A stretch of 64,000 nt of DNA. It comes from Bigelowiella natans CCMP2755 (lineage: Eukaryota > Protista > Cercozoa). This document shows positions 1-13,585 of the stretch, piece after piece (position 1 is the stretch's first letter; each line of letters starts with the position of its first letter). The notes under the pieces were generated by a model that saw only the letters and a program-made list of their open reading frames with translations, was not told the origin of the DNA and searched no databases. The stretch covers positions 1 to 64,000 of the forward strand of contig ADNK01000278.1 in the NCBI GenBank assembly GCA_000320545.1. The letters are read 5' to 3'. The position numbers were made by a program, and so were the translations under genes.

Positions 1-32
1 CTCTTCTAGCAAATCCTTCAGAGAGAGAGTAC

Positions 33-77
<45 letters not shown>

Positions 78-178
78 ACAAACACACACACATAAAATAT
101 ATAACGTGCCTGTACTTTCCATCTGACTTGCTGACACTGTTCTCATGCTGTTTGTGCGCGCACCACAACCACAACAGA

Positions 179-800
179 GCAACAGAGGGAAGGAGAAGGC
201 CCAGAGAAGGATTTGCTAGAAGAGATCGAAGGCAAACCATACGAAAGCTTGTTTCGACATGACTAAATGGCGTTCAAGATCGATTTCTTTGTTTCTTTGC
301 ATATCACTCACCTTTCTCTTTGTCTGTTTCTCCTTTGTTGCATGCTGCTACGGTTTCAGATGAAATGAGAGCAGACGAGAATATTCCACCGAAAATGAAG
401 GCGATTCTAGACGCTGTAATTATACACTTATTGATATTGAAAAGTTAACACAATACTAATTCCGGAATCAATTTATAGAGTAAACAAAGTGCGCACACGT
501 GGACACCGTATTTTCTCGACCCACATGTGAACGGTTGGTTGCCTCAATAGTACTACTAATAGCTATATAACGATAGCAGTTTTTGAACCTATGTTTGGGA
601 AGGTTTTTGAGAACCATTTAGCGCTCTGAATTTTATTTTCTTGTCTTTCTCTGCACTAATGTTGTGATTTGGTGTAACTTATCTCTCCGCTAACTGCAGA
701 CACCGATACCATCGAGAACATCATGAAGTGCCATGCTCTGGCTGATCCTCGAGATATAATATCCAGTGATTCCGAAGAACGTGCTGCACGTGAACTGTAG
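179..800 (+). CDS. 3' end of a spliced hypothetical protein gene (5' part outside window)
   Basis: Exons at about 179-231, 360-415, 479-533 and 700-800 join in frame across GC/GT-AG introns: ...EGPEKDLLEEIEDEMRADENIPPKMKAILDASKQSAHTWTPYFLDPHVNDTDTIENIMKCHALADPRDIISSDSEERAAREL*. No family recognised. Confidence 0.5.
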
Positions 801-1965
801 CGATGGTGGCAGCACATGCACCAATATCTGCAAGTTGGCTGTTACTCGATGAACACTCAATCCAAACGCCAACCTCTTGCTTGGGCCTCGCAATTACGTG
901 GAAGGCTGTGCTTCTAGCTTGTTCGGCGAGGAAATCAGATGAACAAAAGAACTCATCAAAAAACACGTGCAGAGATTACTAGATTACTATGTTTGTGCAT
1001 GGTATGCTGTGGCGCAAGCTAGCGATGTGCTGCGCACATCTAGGCCATGCCATCGATGCTATGCGAACACCGCGAGTTTGCAGCTGCCATTCTAGCATTT
1101 GTGGTTCGGCAGCACGCAAAGTGTACATGACGAGCACAATCACGCATGCCGTGCACGGCATCGCATCCATTACATCTAGCGTGGAGGCCATCGCTAGCAT
1201 CGCTATCTCGACCCTCAACAGCGCGCTTGTTAACCTCATGCATGCACACACATGGCGGTGGGAAGCAAGCACACTCTGAGTGGAGTTCGCCAGCTCGGAA
1301 CGTGCACGCCACAAGCCATGCTAGCATGGGAACACCCGGTGCACAATGTGACATGCCTATGTTCAACTCAAGCAGCCTTCAATGGATCCGTCTAGCCGTG
1401 CAGGTCGCTTCAAGCGCTTTGTGCAACAAGAAATTGGGGCCGATGCTGAGTTTTGAGTCCACCCATCAAAACAAGCACAAAAACTCGCACCATGCTTCGA
1501 AAGGTTTTGAATTGCGACAAGGAAATCGAGTGTGTCGCAGTATCACAATCCCCTCTGTTTTTGCACATTTAAAGACCCGATTGCACAGATGTGTTCTGCT
1601 GCTCTCGGAAAGGCCTCCTCGCCAATATGAATGCAGGCGAAGGTTGATTCCCTCCTCTCTCTCCAGCTACGTACCACCATGTCTGACATGAGCTATTCCT
1701 TTCTAAAGAGAATAAGCGACGCATTGAGAAGTGGAAGGAGAATAAAATTCAGGACTGGCACAAAGGTCTAGCATTAATGCCTTTACTCTTCTCTTTATTG
1801 ATGCTGAGGTACCGTGTCTTCAAGGTGGAAAGCTCCGTCAGAAGTTTCCTGACATAGACGATTTGAAGAATGTAGGAACAAGCTTTGTGGGTGTGCGTGC
1901 GTATTACCCTTCGCGTTTGCAAAAGTTTAGTATATTCCATGTTGTTTCTGCACGTGATCCAGTGG

Positions 1966-2602
1966 ATGAACGCTCAAGTATCAAAGGCGAAAACGAAGGC
2001 AGCATCCAAAAGCTCAAGAAGTGGACGGAGTAGAAAAGGTCCACAACGCACAACATGATTATGCCGTGTGAATTAGCATTAGCACAGTCCAATGCATGCA
2101 CGCGTTACACCGGTGATGTAGTTGCAAGAGGATTATGGATGTGCCACTGACTGACCACACCTAGCAGCATCTGACCTGGGTGGTAGCGACACCGACGGCA
2201 AAAAGTATCGTAGCTTATCTGAGATATGGTCCCAGTACGCTTCTACGACAAAAGCGATGGCTAGTGCACCAGATGATGACAGAGAAACAAAGAAGAGAGT
2301 GAAAAAGAACAAGAAAAAGAACAAGAAGAACAAGAAAACGACGTCATCGTCAACACCAGTATCATCGACGTTATCTTCGTCACATGGCCGGCAAACACGC
2401 CAAGAATGGTACCAGAGGTAGTGAGCATCAACTGTCGTGACAACAACTAGAAGAAAAATAAGAAGAAAAGAGAGCACGTGAAAGTGGCATATTGAGGAAA
2501 TCTTACGGTGATTTCAGGGGCGCTCATTACTGGAAGAATGCGGATGCAACCGTTGACGGGGTTTGTATATTTCTTGAATACGCGATGGAGGATCTTTCTC
2601 TT

Positions 2603-2642
<40 letters not shown>

Positions 2643-2994
2643 TGAAAGATAATATAAGTTCTCCAGGCTGGATTTCGATTATTCATCTGATTGCAGGTTC
2701 TTGGAGGCTTCGGACACGTCTCCACTGTTGATATAGCTGATTCCAGGCGTTTTCTCAAGTCATTAGGTAGTATCCGCAGCATTTCCTTCTTCTTCATCAT
2801 CCATAAGTATGAAGCAATTGCATCTCTACCGACTTCGTGCTTTACAAACATCGACGGTTTCAGATGGCGTTGGCAGGGATCGAGCGGTTGATCTTGGAGC
2901 AGGTACATGATATACGTGTGTATGTGTGGACGTGTTTGGTGTTTACTCGAGGAAGTACAAGACCAAAAGACACACGAATATTAATTATGTAAAA

Positions 2995-3035
<41 letters not shown>

Positions 3036-3973
3036 CGTGGACTGCTGATAGGTATCGGACGGGTTGTAAAAGGCCTTCTTCTGCCCCCTGTTCAAGAGTG
3101 TCGATCTAGTTGACCAGGTCGTTTGTCATTAGAGCAGGGGAGAGAGAGAGAGAGGAGGAGGAGGGGGGGGGGGGGGTGGGGGGGACAGATAGATTGAACA
3201 TGCATTACAACGCATACCAGGACAAGAAGTACGTTGATACGGCACGAGAAGAACTCTGTAATCACGCAAATATGGGCCAATTCGTGTGCTCGGGCCTTCA
3301 GGATTTGGAGTTGTTAGGAGGAGGAGGTAAAGGCTTCTTATTCGTATTACTGCGTGTTTTCGATTTCAGAAATTCTTCTGGTGTGCAGAAGATGCTGCAA
3401 CCTCTATTTCCCTTCATGCAAATATGATGTTATTGTAAACATCAGATATTCATTTATTGTCTTTACTTGTGTCCTCCTCCCTCCACCTCCTCCTCCTCCT
3501 TTTCCTTCTCCTCCTTTCTTCCTCGTAACATAGACTCAGGTGATGTCCGATATGACGTGATATGGTTCCAGTGGGTGCTTGGACACTTCCCCGACAGGTG
3601 AGGCTGCCTGACTCCATTCTAAGCTCAGTACGACGATAATTGGCATTGACTTGTTTTTTTGTGTTTAATTCATTCCTGCTGCACTACTAAAAAGCGATTT
3701 GGAGTCTCTGCTCCGGAGGTGCCGGGTAGTAGTACCGAAGCAGTTGGTAGGATAGGATGAGAGCTATATCGGCGCTCACACGTGACGTTTGTTAGCATCA
3801 CCATCGTCGTTACCCGTGTTGTTGTTGTTGTTGTTGTTGTTGTTTCAATAGGAATGCCTGCAAGAATCAGGTGTGATTGTGGTCAAGGAGAATATTTCGA
3901 GCGGAGGTTTTGTCCTTGATAAGGTATTCAGTCTCTATTGAAAGCTGAAGATTCACGATGGTGTGGGGGTGGT

Positions 3974-4049
<76 letters not shown>

Positions 4050-4331
4050 ATCACCTATTTTGCTGGCTATGTTCGTGCGGTACAGCCAACGGTAGCAAAT
4101 TAGCACATATTTTGTTCCAGGAGGATATGAGCGTCACTCGTTCCGAGAGCGCCTACAAAGCTGTCTTTGAATCTGCTGGTCTAAAGGTACATAGTAGTCG
4201 TCGTGTATCTCCGACAGGAAATGCACTGATGAACGGGGTCATGATAAATTTTCTTCCAGGTTGTCGAAGAGATGTGGCAGACCAAGTTTCCGAAAGAGTT
4301 GTATCCCGTGAAAATGTTCGCGTTAAGATAA
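1966..4331 (+). CDS. NTM1: Alpha-N-terminal protein methyltransferase 1 (NTM1/Tae1 family), multi-exon
   Basis: Spliced motifs GSDTDGKKYRSLSEIW, WYQRGAHYWKNADATVDGVLGGFGHVSTVDIADSRRFL, RAVDLGAGIGRV (SAM motif I), YDVIWFQWVLGH, VVKENI, EDMSVTRS, FPKELYPVKMFALR*. Start codon uncertain (1939 or 1966). Confidence 0.92.
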
Positions 4332-5064
4332 CAATTTCAGAAAGCAAGCTAGCTAGATAGCGCTAGAGGGGCAAATTTAACTACAAAGTGCATTGGCACA
4401 TCTAGACATGGAAGCGCTGCCTGTACTAGTGTATGGCATACCATCATAACAAATTTACAATTACTCTCTTCAGTAGCTATCACAATGCAAGGAAGGCAAT
4501 TTAGTTTCTGCTTGCTATGTTTATGTGCATGCTGTGTTTCTAGATGCGTGCTCTCATTGTAATGTGCACAACAAACATTTATTAGAGCTACCACAAAATC
4601 ACATGTGCTACCTTTTCGTACGAGTTGCGGCATACAGGGACTACATGCTGCTTTCCCGCTGTTCCTAGCTAGGTATAAATAATAGGTTAATGCGCTGCTA
4701 TATACCAGTGCCATACCTTTTGCTTCATTACGCACGTTTAATGCTAATAATGGTTGGGGATTGCGCACAGAGATGTGCGAAGTATCCATAGCATTGCGCA
4801 TAAAATCTAGCAATGTGACACATCATTGACGTGCAGTGTGCTGTTGATCAATGTCTAGATGTATCAAGCATGATGCAAGAAAGCTATGATTGACACAGCT
4901 GCTAGGAGGAGCCAATGTGGTTGTACACTACAATCACTATATCGCTATATACAATTAAAGAAATCAAAAACCGTAATCTGGGAGTGGTGGCAGCCACAGT
5001 CAGAATTCTGCACCAATATATTTCCAGGCCACGTATATTACATCATTAGTAGCACTATGTTCGA

Positions 5065-6761
5065 TCACTGGCGTTTTGCCTCGGGTTGCATGTGCTTCAG
5101 GGCTGCGAGATCGAGTGGGTTTACTCCCGAGAATCCCTCTGGGACGAAAGTGACAGTGCTCTTGTCTGATATCTCCTTGACCTTCTGCACACCCTGCGCT
5201 GCAAGTCGCTCCAACAATGTTGCGTGGACTGCCTGAGCCTCAAGGCCTTTGTACGAATTTGCCACGGTTCTAATAGCAGCAGCTTCTGCCTCTGCAATCG
5301 TCTTAATGGCTTTGGCCCTGGCAAATGCAAGCTTCTCAACTCGCTCAACCTCTGCTTTTATTTTACCCTGCTCTTGCACTAGATGGGCATCCCGCCTACC
5401 GCCGGCGATGATCCCCTCCTCTCGAGCCTTTGCGGTAGCGTTCTTTAGTCGCGTGTCGACCTCAAGTGTTGTGACAGCTTGGTTGTTCATGGCTTGTTGA
5501 AATGACGACTCGTAGTGGACACGGAAGCCGATACTGAGCAAAGTGCCTCCCACGCTGCGAGAGAATTCAGCTAATTCTGCCGTTGACACAGCTTTGAGGT
5601 AGTCGGCGAGGGACGCCCCATGGTAATTAGGGATCTCGCTCGGATTCTGCAGTTCATTTCGTGAGAGAGCACCAATCGTGTCCTTGAGCTTAAGGGCCAC
5701 CAGCTCCTCCAAGGCATCTATAAGACTGATGTATTGCGTCTTACCGCGGAGGATGCGAGGTTGGTAGAGTTCAACCCGCACGTACACGTCGACGTTCACA
5801 GGAGTCGGGTCTTTAGTGTACACTTTGATAGTGTTTAAGTTCTTGCCGTATTCTTGGACATTGGCATTACCAAGAAATTCAACGCCCTGCTTGTAAATAA
5901 CGTACTCCCCCGGAGGCTTTTCCCCGATAACGTTGCCGTGGCGGAAGAGTCCCACGTAACCAGCGGGTACTTTGACAAAAGCCGCGCGCCCTGTCGCAGG
6001 TGCTGATGAGTGAATACCACGCACCATGGTCCCGTTTTGGAAGGCTAGGGCTCCATCCTGCTGCATGGTACTGATCACATTCGTGAGAAGTTTGTAAGGT
6101 TCCTTCATCACATAACGACCTGGTCCGAGAGGCATGATCCTGTGCTTTTCATCTTGAATCAAGGCAGCTTCGTTGGAGCCGACGTTGACGATAGTTATGT
6201 TACTGTGTCTGATCACCTTATCAGATAGCGCAACAGTACCGCGCCACGTTGTTGTCCAGTCGGTTTGGGTGAAGTGTTGCCCCTCTCCTGCAATTTCTGG
6301 CTCTCCTTTTCGCGTAATTAGCCCAATGAAGCCAGGAAGAACGCGATGACCAACTCCTAGGCAACCCCAGGAACGAACAACTCGCACTTTGATGGACTCA
6401 AGGGCCTTAAGGTATCCCTCTTCGTCTTTACTCATGACTACATGAAAGTTTTCTGAGTTCTCTGGGGGGGCAATATCGTCCACGCGCTCCACCTTTACTT
6501 CCCCGATGACCATGTCGTTCTTCTGGCTCCCAACGTGCTTTGACGACGACTTATGGTCTGGGAAAAACAAGAAATTTCATGTGTGGATTCTAAAACAGAA
6601 GATCGTGTCAAGCTACCTTCACTGTAGGCGGCGACAAGACCGGTCTTCATTCCTTCCTTCGGATTCAGTTTCTTCGCATCTGCGTTCATCGTGGCGAGTG
6701 GCGCGAGGGGTGGCGCAGTGGCGGATCCATGCTTTGTCTCTGTCATCTCCATGTCGGGCAT
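5065..6761 (-). CDS. SPFH/band-7 domain protein with repeated N-terminal beta modules (vacuolin-like)
   Basis: One 59-nt GT-AG intron (6558-6616) joins ORF 6495..6761 to the 501-aa ORF in frame (SE|D HKSSS). Repeated VxVPxG..GL...G....GxY modules, then VYTKDPTPVNVDVYV (band-7 TKD motif) and an Ala/Glu-rich coiled coil. Confidence 0.8.
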
Positions 6762-7261
6762 GATCTCTCTCTCTCTCTCTTTTCTTTGGTGTTCGGTTAG
6801 AGAGAAGTTCGTTCCTTGGTGGTTCGATTTGTGGGTATCTCTAGATCTAGCGTAATGATCCTCCTTACATTTCTAGATCTATTTATAGCATCCTCCTCAC
6901 GTTTCACCTCCTGACAATTACTCGGTTTAGGACAAGAAACAAACGACGATTTATATCTAAGACAAAGCCTGGACCTTTAAAAAACGCTCAAAGGCATATG
7001 TTTAAATATGGACTATTGCAACGCGAAAAAATATTTTTACAAAATTTTGTATCTTTCTTCCCCTCCCGCGTACTGAAAATCTGCAGAGCTCAGAAGCCGA
7101 GTTATTGTTTTGTCTTGACAGCAAAAAAGAAGGGAGACGATCGAACGTGTCGGGCATTTTGACTTATACGACAAAGGATGTATGTAAATTCCGGTAAGAA
7201 ACCAAATCGATTTTTGGAAAGCATAGCTGAAAAACTACCCCCCTCAGCGTTTGTGTTGCTC

Positions 7262-8738
7262 ATGGCGCACGTTGTCGATGGAGTAGCCGGTGGAGTAGGT
7301 GGAGGCGAAAATGTAACCGGCAAGACTACTTTGAGAATAACTGTTCGGGAGAGGAAGAACGAGAGCAATGTCAAGGTCATGTCATTATTCTGTTCTTTGT
7401 GACATCGTGACATGCATTAATTGCCATGTTCTTACTCAGATGATTCTCATTCCTCCATTTTTGACGTTAAATGCTCTCGTAGAAAAAGCCACAAAGGCTT
7501 TAAAAGTTGACCCGCAATCAAAAATAGTCTTTACCAATGGATCGGTGCAATGTGTACTTCCCGATGATCGAATACACATCTAACTGTCTATCTGTGTGAT
7601 TGTAGGTCTTTGACGATATGCAGTTGCTAAGGGATGATGACACCCTGTTATTGGTACCTCCATCGGAGACTAAGACGAGTATTGATTTAGCAAGGTTGGG
7701 CAACAGAGCGTTAGAACCAGATGATGCTGAATCGGAGAGATACCAGGTTGGTGGTCACGCGACGAACAAACCATTCGGAGAAGATGAAAGGATAAATCAC
7801 ATTAAAGCACACCGATTGGTTCGTGCAGGTTGCTGTGATGGGTCCTGGTGGCGTTGGTAAATCAGCTTTGACGATTCGTTTTTGTCAAAATGACTTCGTC
7901 GAGGACTATGACCCTACTATCGAAGATGCTTATCGACATCACTTTATGGTTGATTCAGCGCCTGTTACGTTGGACATAATGGATGTATGTAAATTTCAAA
8001 ATAAAGTACTTCTTCCTTTCTAATTTCATTCATAATCTTTTTATCATTTAAATTAGACTGCAGGGCAAGCAGAGTATGAAGCCTTAAGACAAACATGGAT
8101 GAAAGAAAATCAGGCATGAAGTTCTGCATGATATTCGATAATTACAACTTTATTCCACTTTTATCAAATCCATTTATAGGCCTTTGTTCTAGTATTTGAT
8201 ATCACTGATCCATCAACCCTCAAAGAGCTTCGAACAGATTTTTATCAAAAGATATACCAGGTTCATATTGTATTTTTCAAAATGTAATGTCATAGATCAT
8301 TCCTTGTTTTACAGATGCATGAGGTGGACGCTCCGCTTATTGTAGTTGTCGGAAATAAGGTGCTTAATCTTAGCTTAAAATATTTTCTTTAAACTTCTAT
8401 CGCTAATTGGCTATTATTCCGTGAACAGCTCGATCTAGATGGGAAGAGAAAAGTATCATCAAAGGAGGCAGCTCTTATAGCATCACAAATGGTATGGAAA
8501 AGAAATGCACAATTTTTGCTGTTATTCCAATCGCCTCGATACATGAATAATGAATCAGAATGCGCCATATATCGAAGCTTCAGCCTTGTCGGGAACAGGA
8601 GTAAAGTTTGCCTTCTCTACTATTGTTAAACAGATTCGAAAGAGAAGGGAAGTTAGGCCAACTAGTTTAATCAGCCAAAAGTATAACTGTCAGCCAAGGA
8701 AAATAGGTTCATTGTTCTCTTTGTGTGCGTTGGTTTAA
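7262..8738 (+). CDS. Ras-subfamily small GTPase with N-terminal KHA/ubiquitin-like domain
   Basis: G1 GPGGVGKS, effector YDPTIED, G3 DTAGQ, G4 GNKLD, G5 EASA and C-terminal CaaX CALV*. N-terminal exons encode LIPPFLTLNALVEKATKALKVDPQSKIVFTNGSVFDDMQLLRDDDTLLLV. GC-AG intron at 8114-8179. Confidence 0.9.
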
Positions 8739-9233
8739 CACAACCACAAATCATGCCAACTGTTACTTGATTCCTGCACATACCTCAAAATCATTGGGCA
8801 CTACTTGCACGAAGTCCAGCGCTCTAACTACCTCTAGAGCCAGCGCTAGCTAGCTGGACTGGTCTAGTGGTAGAGTGTGTGGTCACGCAGCGCTAGAGCT
8901 CTAGACTGTGCATTCCTGCTAGCCTGTCTTGTCCAGATTGTTGTGCCATGAGATGTCAAGCCATCTTGCGCTCTCTAGCTCTAGCTAACTAGCGCTGCAT
9001 GTATCTCGATTTCTAGATCTAGCTAGCTAGAGATCTAGGCATACTAGCATGGTCACACACATGCGCGTCTAGACGTCACCATCTAGTTTTTGTGCGTCTC
9101 TGTTGAATGTGAGCATGTTACGTGAAAGGAGATTACACATTGCATAATTCGTAGTTTCAACTTTTTAATTGTGTGAAGATGTAACATTTCCGCTTCGAGT
9201 AATAGAATCAATTGTCATAAACAGATTATTAGC

Positions 9234-11541
9234 CTATTGGGTAGGCTTTTCCCAGAGGGATTGGCCTGTAACTTCATTGAAATAGTATGGAATACCATCT
9301 GAACGGTAATTCATTGTCCAGTTTGGTGGGAGACCCCCTTTACCCGGTCGTGGCGCGTCTACGATTCGAACAGACTCCTGGCCAGATTCTAGTCGTGTTG
9401 CAGCTGCAGCTGCTGGTGTCGGAAGTCGTACACGCCTACTGTTGTTAGGTTGTGCGCGTTCTCCAGAAGATCTGATTGATGATGTAGAATTAAATTAGCT
9501 TTTTCCGAGATGTTGACTTTAACACAACCTATTGGATTTCATGCAGCAGCAGCAATAGAAAACAGCTGCAATTATAGCAGCTCCAACGAGCTGAGAAAAA
9601 GATTTAATGAACTCAGTTGCCACATTTTCAAATATTTCATCGCTTTACCGCAGCAACTAATATGAGAGCCAATGTGGAACCATCCATTCCACCTTTGTGA
9701 CAACAAAGTCAAGATTTGAAATTACAGGTATATTAAAATCTAAGAAACCTCCATCATCTGTCGTGAAACAATCATCGGCAGTAGACAAATTTGGACCCTC
9801 GCATAACGAATCCTACAATTAGTGGTATGATTGGATCTCTGGCCGAAACACAGATACAATGCTTCACGTACAGCGACTCGTACTCCACTTTCATCTTGAC
9901 ATTCAAAACACCCAGCTCTAAATTCGACATAGACGAAAACCTGAGATGTTTTTCTATCACGAACAGTTTTGCAAATTGATGTCCATCATTCTATACCGCC
10001 AGAGTCGTACTAGGTACACATTCCATCTGTTCGCATTGAGAAGTGGGCCCACATGGGGTTCCAAAAGAAACATTCACTGGTGTGCCCTGAATACTATTTC
10101 GAGATCTAACAGAAAGTAACAGAAAGCGCACATTTATACCGTGTGTAAATTAATCGCTGACGCCAAATATGGTATTAATAATATATATGGTTACACTGAG
10201 CATTCCAGCAATGAGCATGCATCCTCCTCGTTTCCCGTTGGCACTACAGCAAATCTGACGAGTGAAAGTTCGTTAAAATATACGATTTGCTTCTCCGTTA
10301 AAAGAAATTATTAGTACGGCTCGCTTGGGTCGATGCAGTTGTCTGATTGACTGATACAGTCACCTTTTGTAGAAACATAATGTAATTTCAATCATAATTT
10401 ACAATTTTCTCCCCAAAATATTTTTAGACCTAGGAAACAGAGCCCGGACTCAAGTACACCTAACGTGTACGTTATTTCGTTAGATTGAAGAACGCAATAA
10501 GATGATACAACGCTACTATGAAAGCTTCCTGACCAAATTGAGTGACATCGTTGCATGGAGTTCCAGGATTTTGGTACAAATCTCTCTGAAATATAAGGTA
10601 TTATGTTAATCAAATACATGAATTCGTTAGAAGACTGTACCGGACAGTCAGCACTGCTTCCAGAACATGTGTCTTCTATGTCACACTCAGGATGAATAGC
10701 AGTTCGACCTATCAACATATATACCTCTGAGCTTAAAAGATAAATTCATTTATGCAAACTTACAAATAAAGGTTGAAGGCCTAAATCTGAGGTTTTCGTC
10801 ACAGCAAGGCTGCGAAAGTACAAAATCAGAGCAATATTAATCCCCTTATTGAAAAAAGAACCTCATTAAGTGAACACTGAACAGCAGCAGGTCCAAATGT
10901 ACAATCTAACAATATAGATGTCTTAGTTCAGAACATAAATGCCGAAACAATTATTTTCCTTGACCACCTTCTAGACAGAAATCATCGAAAGCGCCAAAGC
11001 CTTCCAAACACACAGTTCGTTAAGAAAGTATTTTTACTCAAAATTCAGAGATTTAAACCTTGATCACATAGCTCGTTACCCTCAACCTTTCATTTATAAA
11101 TCATCATCAAACAATTATTGCTAAAAATGTTTTGAAAGATTACCTGTCCGTCGCCACATATCGGACCGTCAAGAGGTAGTCGATCATTCTCCTGTTAAAC
11201 CAGCTAGTTAATGATTTCGTAAAAGTCTTTGAGGCGGTCTTAACACTACCAAACATGTAGGGACGCCAAATATTCCCGCCCGACCATATGTATTTTCCAT
11301 GAAGAGGTCGATGAAGCTGATATATGATTAAACTCATTACTTTGATTAACTTATGACACTTTTAGATAATTGATACCTTCTTGATTCTTCAGAGAATTCA
11401 AGGGCTGCATTTTGAGAGATGACAGCACTCATAACATTAACAAGTGGGACTGTATCGTGCTGCATGTTGAAGTTGTGACCTGAAAATAGATTATTCAATG
11501 CAACCACAAACTGTAAAATTAACACCTAATTTATGTGAAAA

Positions 11542-11573
<32 letters not shown>

Positions 11574-13585
11574 CGCTCTCTCTTTCTCTCTTTGCGCGCG
11601 CGTGTGTATTTGTGTGTGTGTGTGTGTGTGTTTGCTGCATATGTTTGTACTTCATACCCATCTCATGGGCTACAACCGCTGCATTATAGAATGAACGGCC
11701 ATCCGTAACCTGGATTGCAATTGATCAACACATCAACACCATGTCTACACTGTGTCGATGTCAATCCACACCTGATTTATACCTACAGAAAATCTGGTAT
11801 CGCACATGCTCCCCACATAGGCTAGGCCTATTGTTGAATCTGAAACCATTATAATGTAGTGAGATTGTAAGTAATTCTGATAAAATTTTATTGTAATATA
11901 TTTTTAAAAAAGCACCCTGAAAATTGAATCCTGGAAAAACTTGTACATTATCAAAGGTGCCAAAGAGATTCCTGATGCCGTTCTGCCATGAATATATGCA
12001 TATTTAAAGTAACTGTAACTATGGAGAGCGTTTCTAGATACCTGATTCTGGCTGATATAAACTCCCACTGAATCAAGATATGCCGAAGGATCGATTTCAT
12101 TGTTACCAATTGACGTCAAAGAACTTTGGACAGAGGGTGGCATAGAGCTGCGGTATGTCAACTGCCCTATCAAACGGATCTGTACCTAATGGTCTATCTA
12201 TCACGGCATTTTACACTGTCGGTTTTACTAGAGAGGACTCACATCACACGTAAAGGAAGGAGCTGTAATTCCTGGATAACTTCTACCATCCACTAAGCCG
12301 CCAGCATAATAACTAAAATATTAATAAGCTTATTGTAAGTCGTCAATAGTATGTCATTTCCTTACGCAGCCAAGAAGGAGAAAATCAAATTTGTGTTCGC
12401 TTCAGTACTCTGAGCAATTGAAAGTCATATTTCAGATACAGTATCAGTTAACATCAAAAAGACTTACTGTTTGTTGAATATCAAATCGTCTGACATCGTT
12501 TATGATGAGTAGTTCAACAATTTTCATTGGAAAATTGGCGCACTGAGGTTGGTTTTGTCGTCAATGATCATATCTAATATTTTCCAAAACGTATACCTCG
12601 TTCGCTCTTAGTGGTTTAGTAGCATGATTTTCATCTTGTTTGTGGCCCTCCATCGAAAGTACATGCATATTTTGTTGCTCTAAAAAAATGCGAGGAAATT
12701 TTCAAATAAGTTCAATATCCTATCCTTGTATATAATATGACCGTGTGCTTCATGGTGGTGAGAGACCCCGCATTTTGCGTTCTCTTTGTCAGGCGTATAA
12801 TCCGAAACTTTGTGGACAAAATGCCTGCAGATGTTGTAAAAGGAATACACCAATTCCATCAAACGTCAGGCTGTTGGTAAACTAAATGCAAAACATTCGG
12901 ATTTGAACCTCTTGTGCTCTGATATGTATTCAATGTTATATGAGTCCCCATCGAGACTAAAGATTCCATGGACACCCCCTAAATACAAGATTCGTTATGC
13001 ATATCTTGGAAGCACAGAATAATTCACCTTGACATGTGGAGAAAAAACATGTGTTGTTCACGGAGGTAGCTGCATCTTGGGTTGTTAATATTCCAGCATA
13101 ATAGCATTGGGTAACTCCCTTCATAATAAATATCACATAGATTCCATTACGAGTGAGACCACAGATACCTATTATGAAACGACCTTCGTGATAGAATGAA
13201 GCTTGCCACCATCCATGTGAATTTCTTTGTATCCTTCCCCAAATATATCATTTTTCCTCGATCCAGTTAGAACGATTTCTCTAAATAATTGTTCGTATTG
13301 TGATTTCTTAATTGGGAACCTAAGTAACCTGGTCATTCACCTGCCATAAGCCGTAAAAGTCACATTTATATTATCTGGATGTGTCCCCGGCTGGACGTCT
13401 AGAAGATCGACATTTTGGGATCCTTGCACATTTGGGAAAACCTTGGGAATGTTAACTGTGAAAAGTTTATTCAATTTCGCTTAGTTTATCACCTTCAAGT
13501 CCCTGATTTCAGCCTCATCGTTACGGACGGCCATCGCTATGCTTACAACCGACTGGAAAAGGAAGACGTACCATAAAACCCTCAT
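9234..13585 (-). CDS. ADAM-type (reprolysin M12B) metalloprotease: signal peptide, prodomain, Zn protease, disintegrin/Cys-rich, TM helix, C-terminal WW domain
   Basis: Signal MRVLWYVFLFQSVVSIAMA; cysteine switch AKCGV; GLAYVGSMC; HEMGHNFNMQHD split by an intron at about 11481-11657; Met-turn NVMS; ECDIEDTCSGSSADCP; TM segment; LPPNWTMNYRSDGIPYYFNEVTGQSLWEKP*. Confidence 0.88.

Noticed and set aside
979-1691. Overlapping 100-180 aa ORFs on both strands
   Set aside because: Explained by TpA depletion removing TAA/TAG stops; Cys/His/Ala-rich with no motif.
4349-4813. 154-aa minus-strand ORF between NTM1 and the SPFH gene
   Set aside because: Lies in a CTAG/TGCA-rich 3' intergenic tract; non-ATG start and no motifs.
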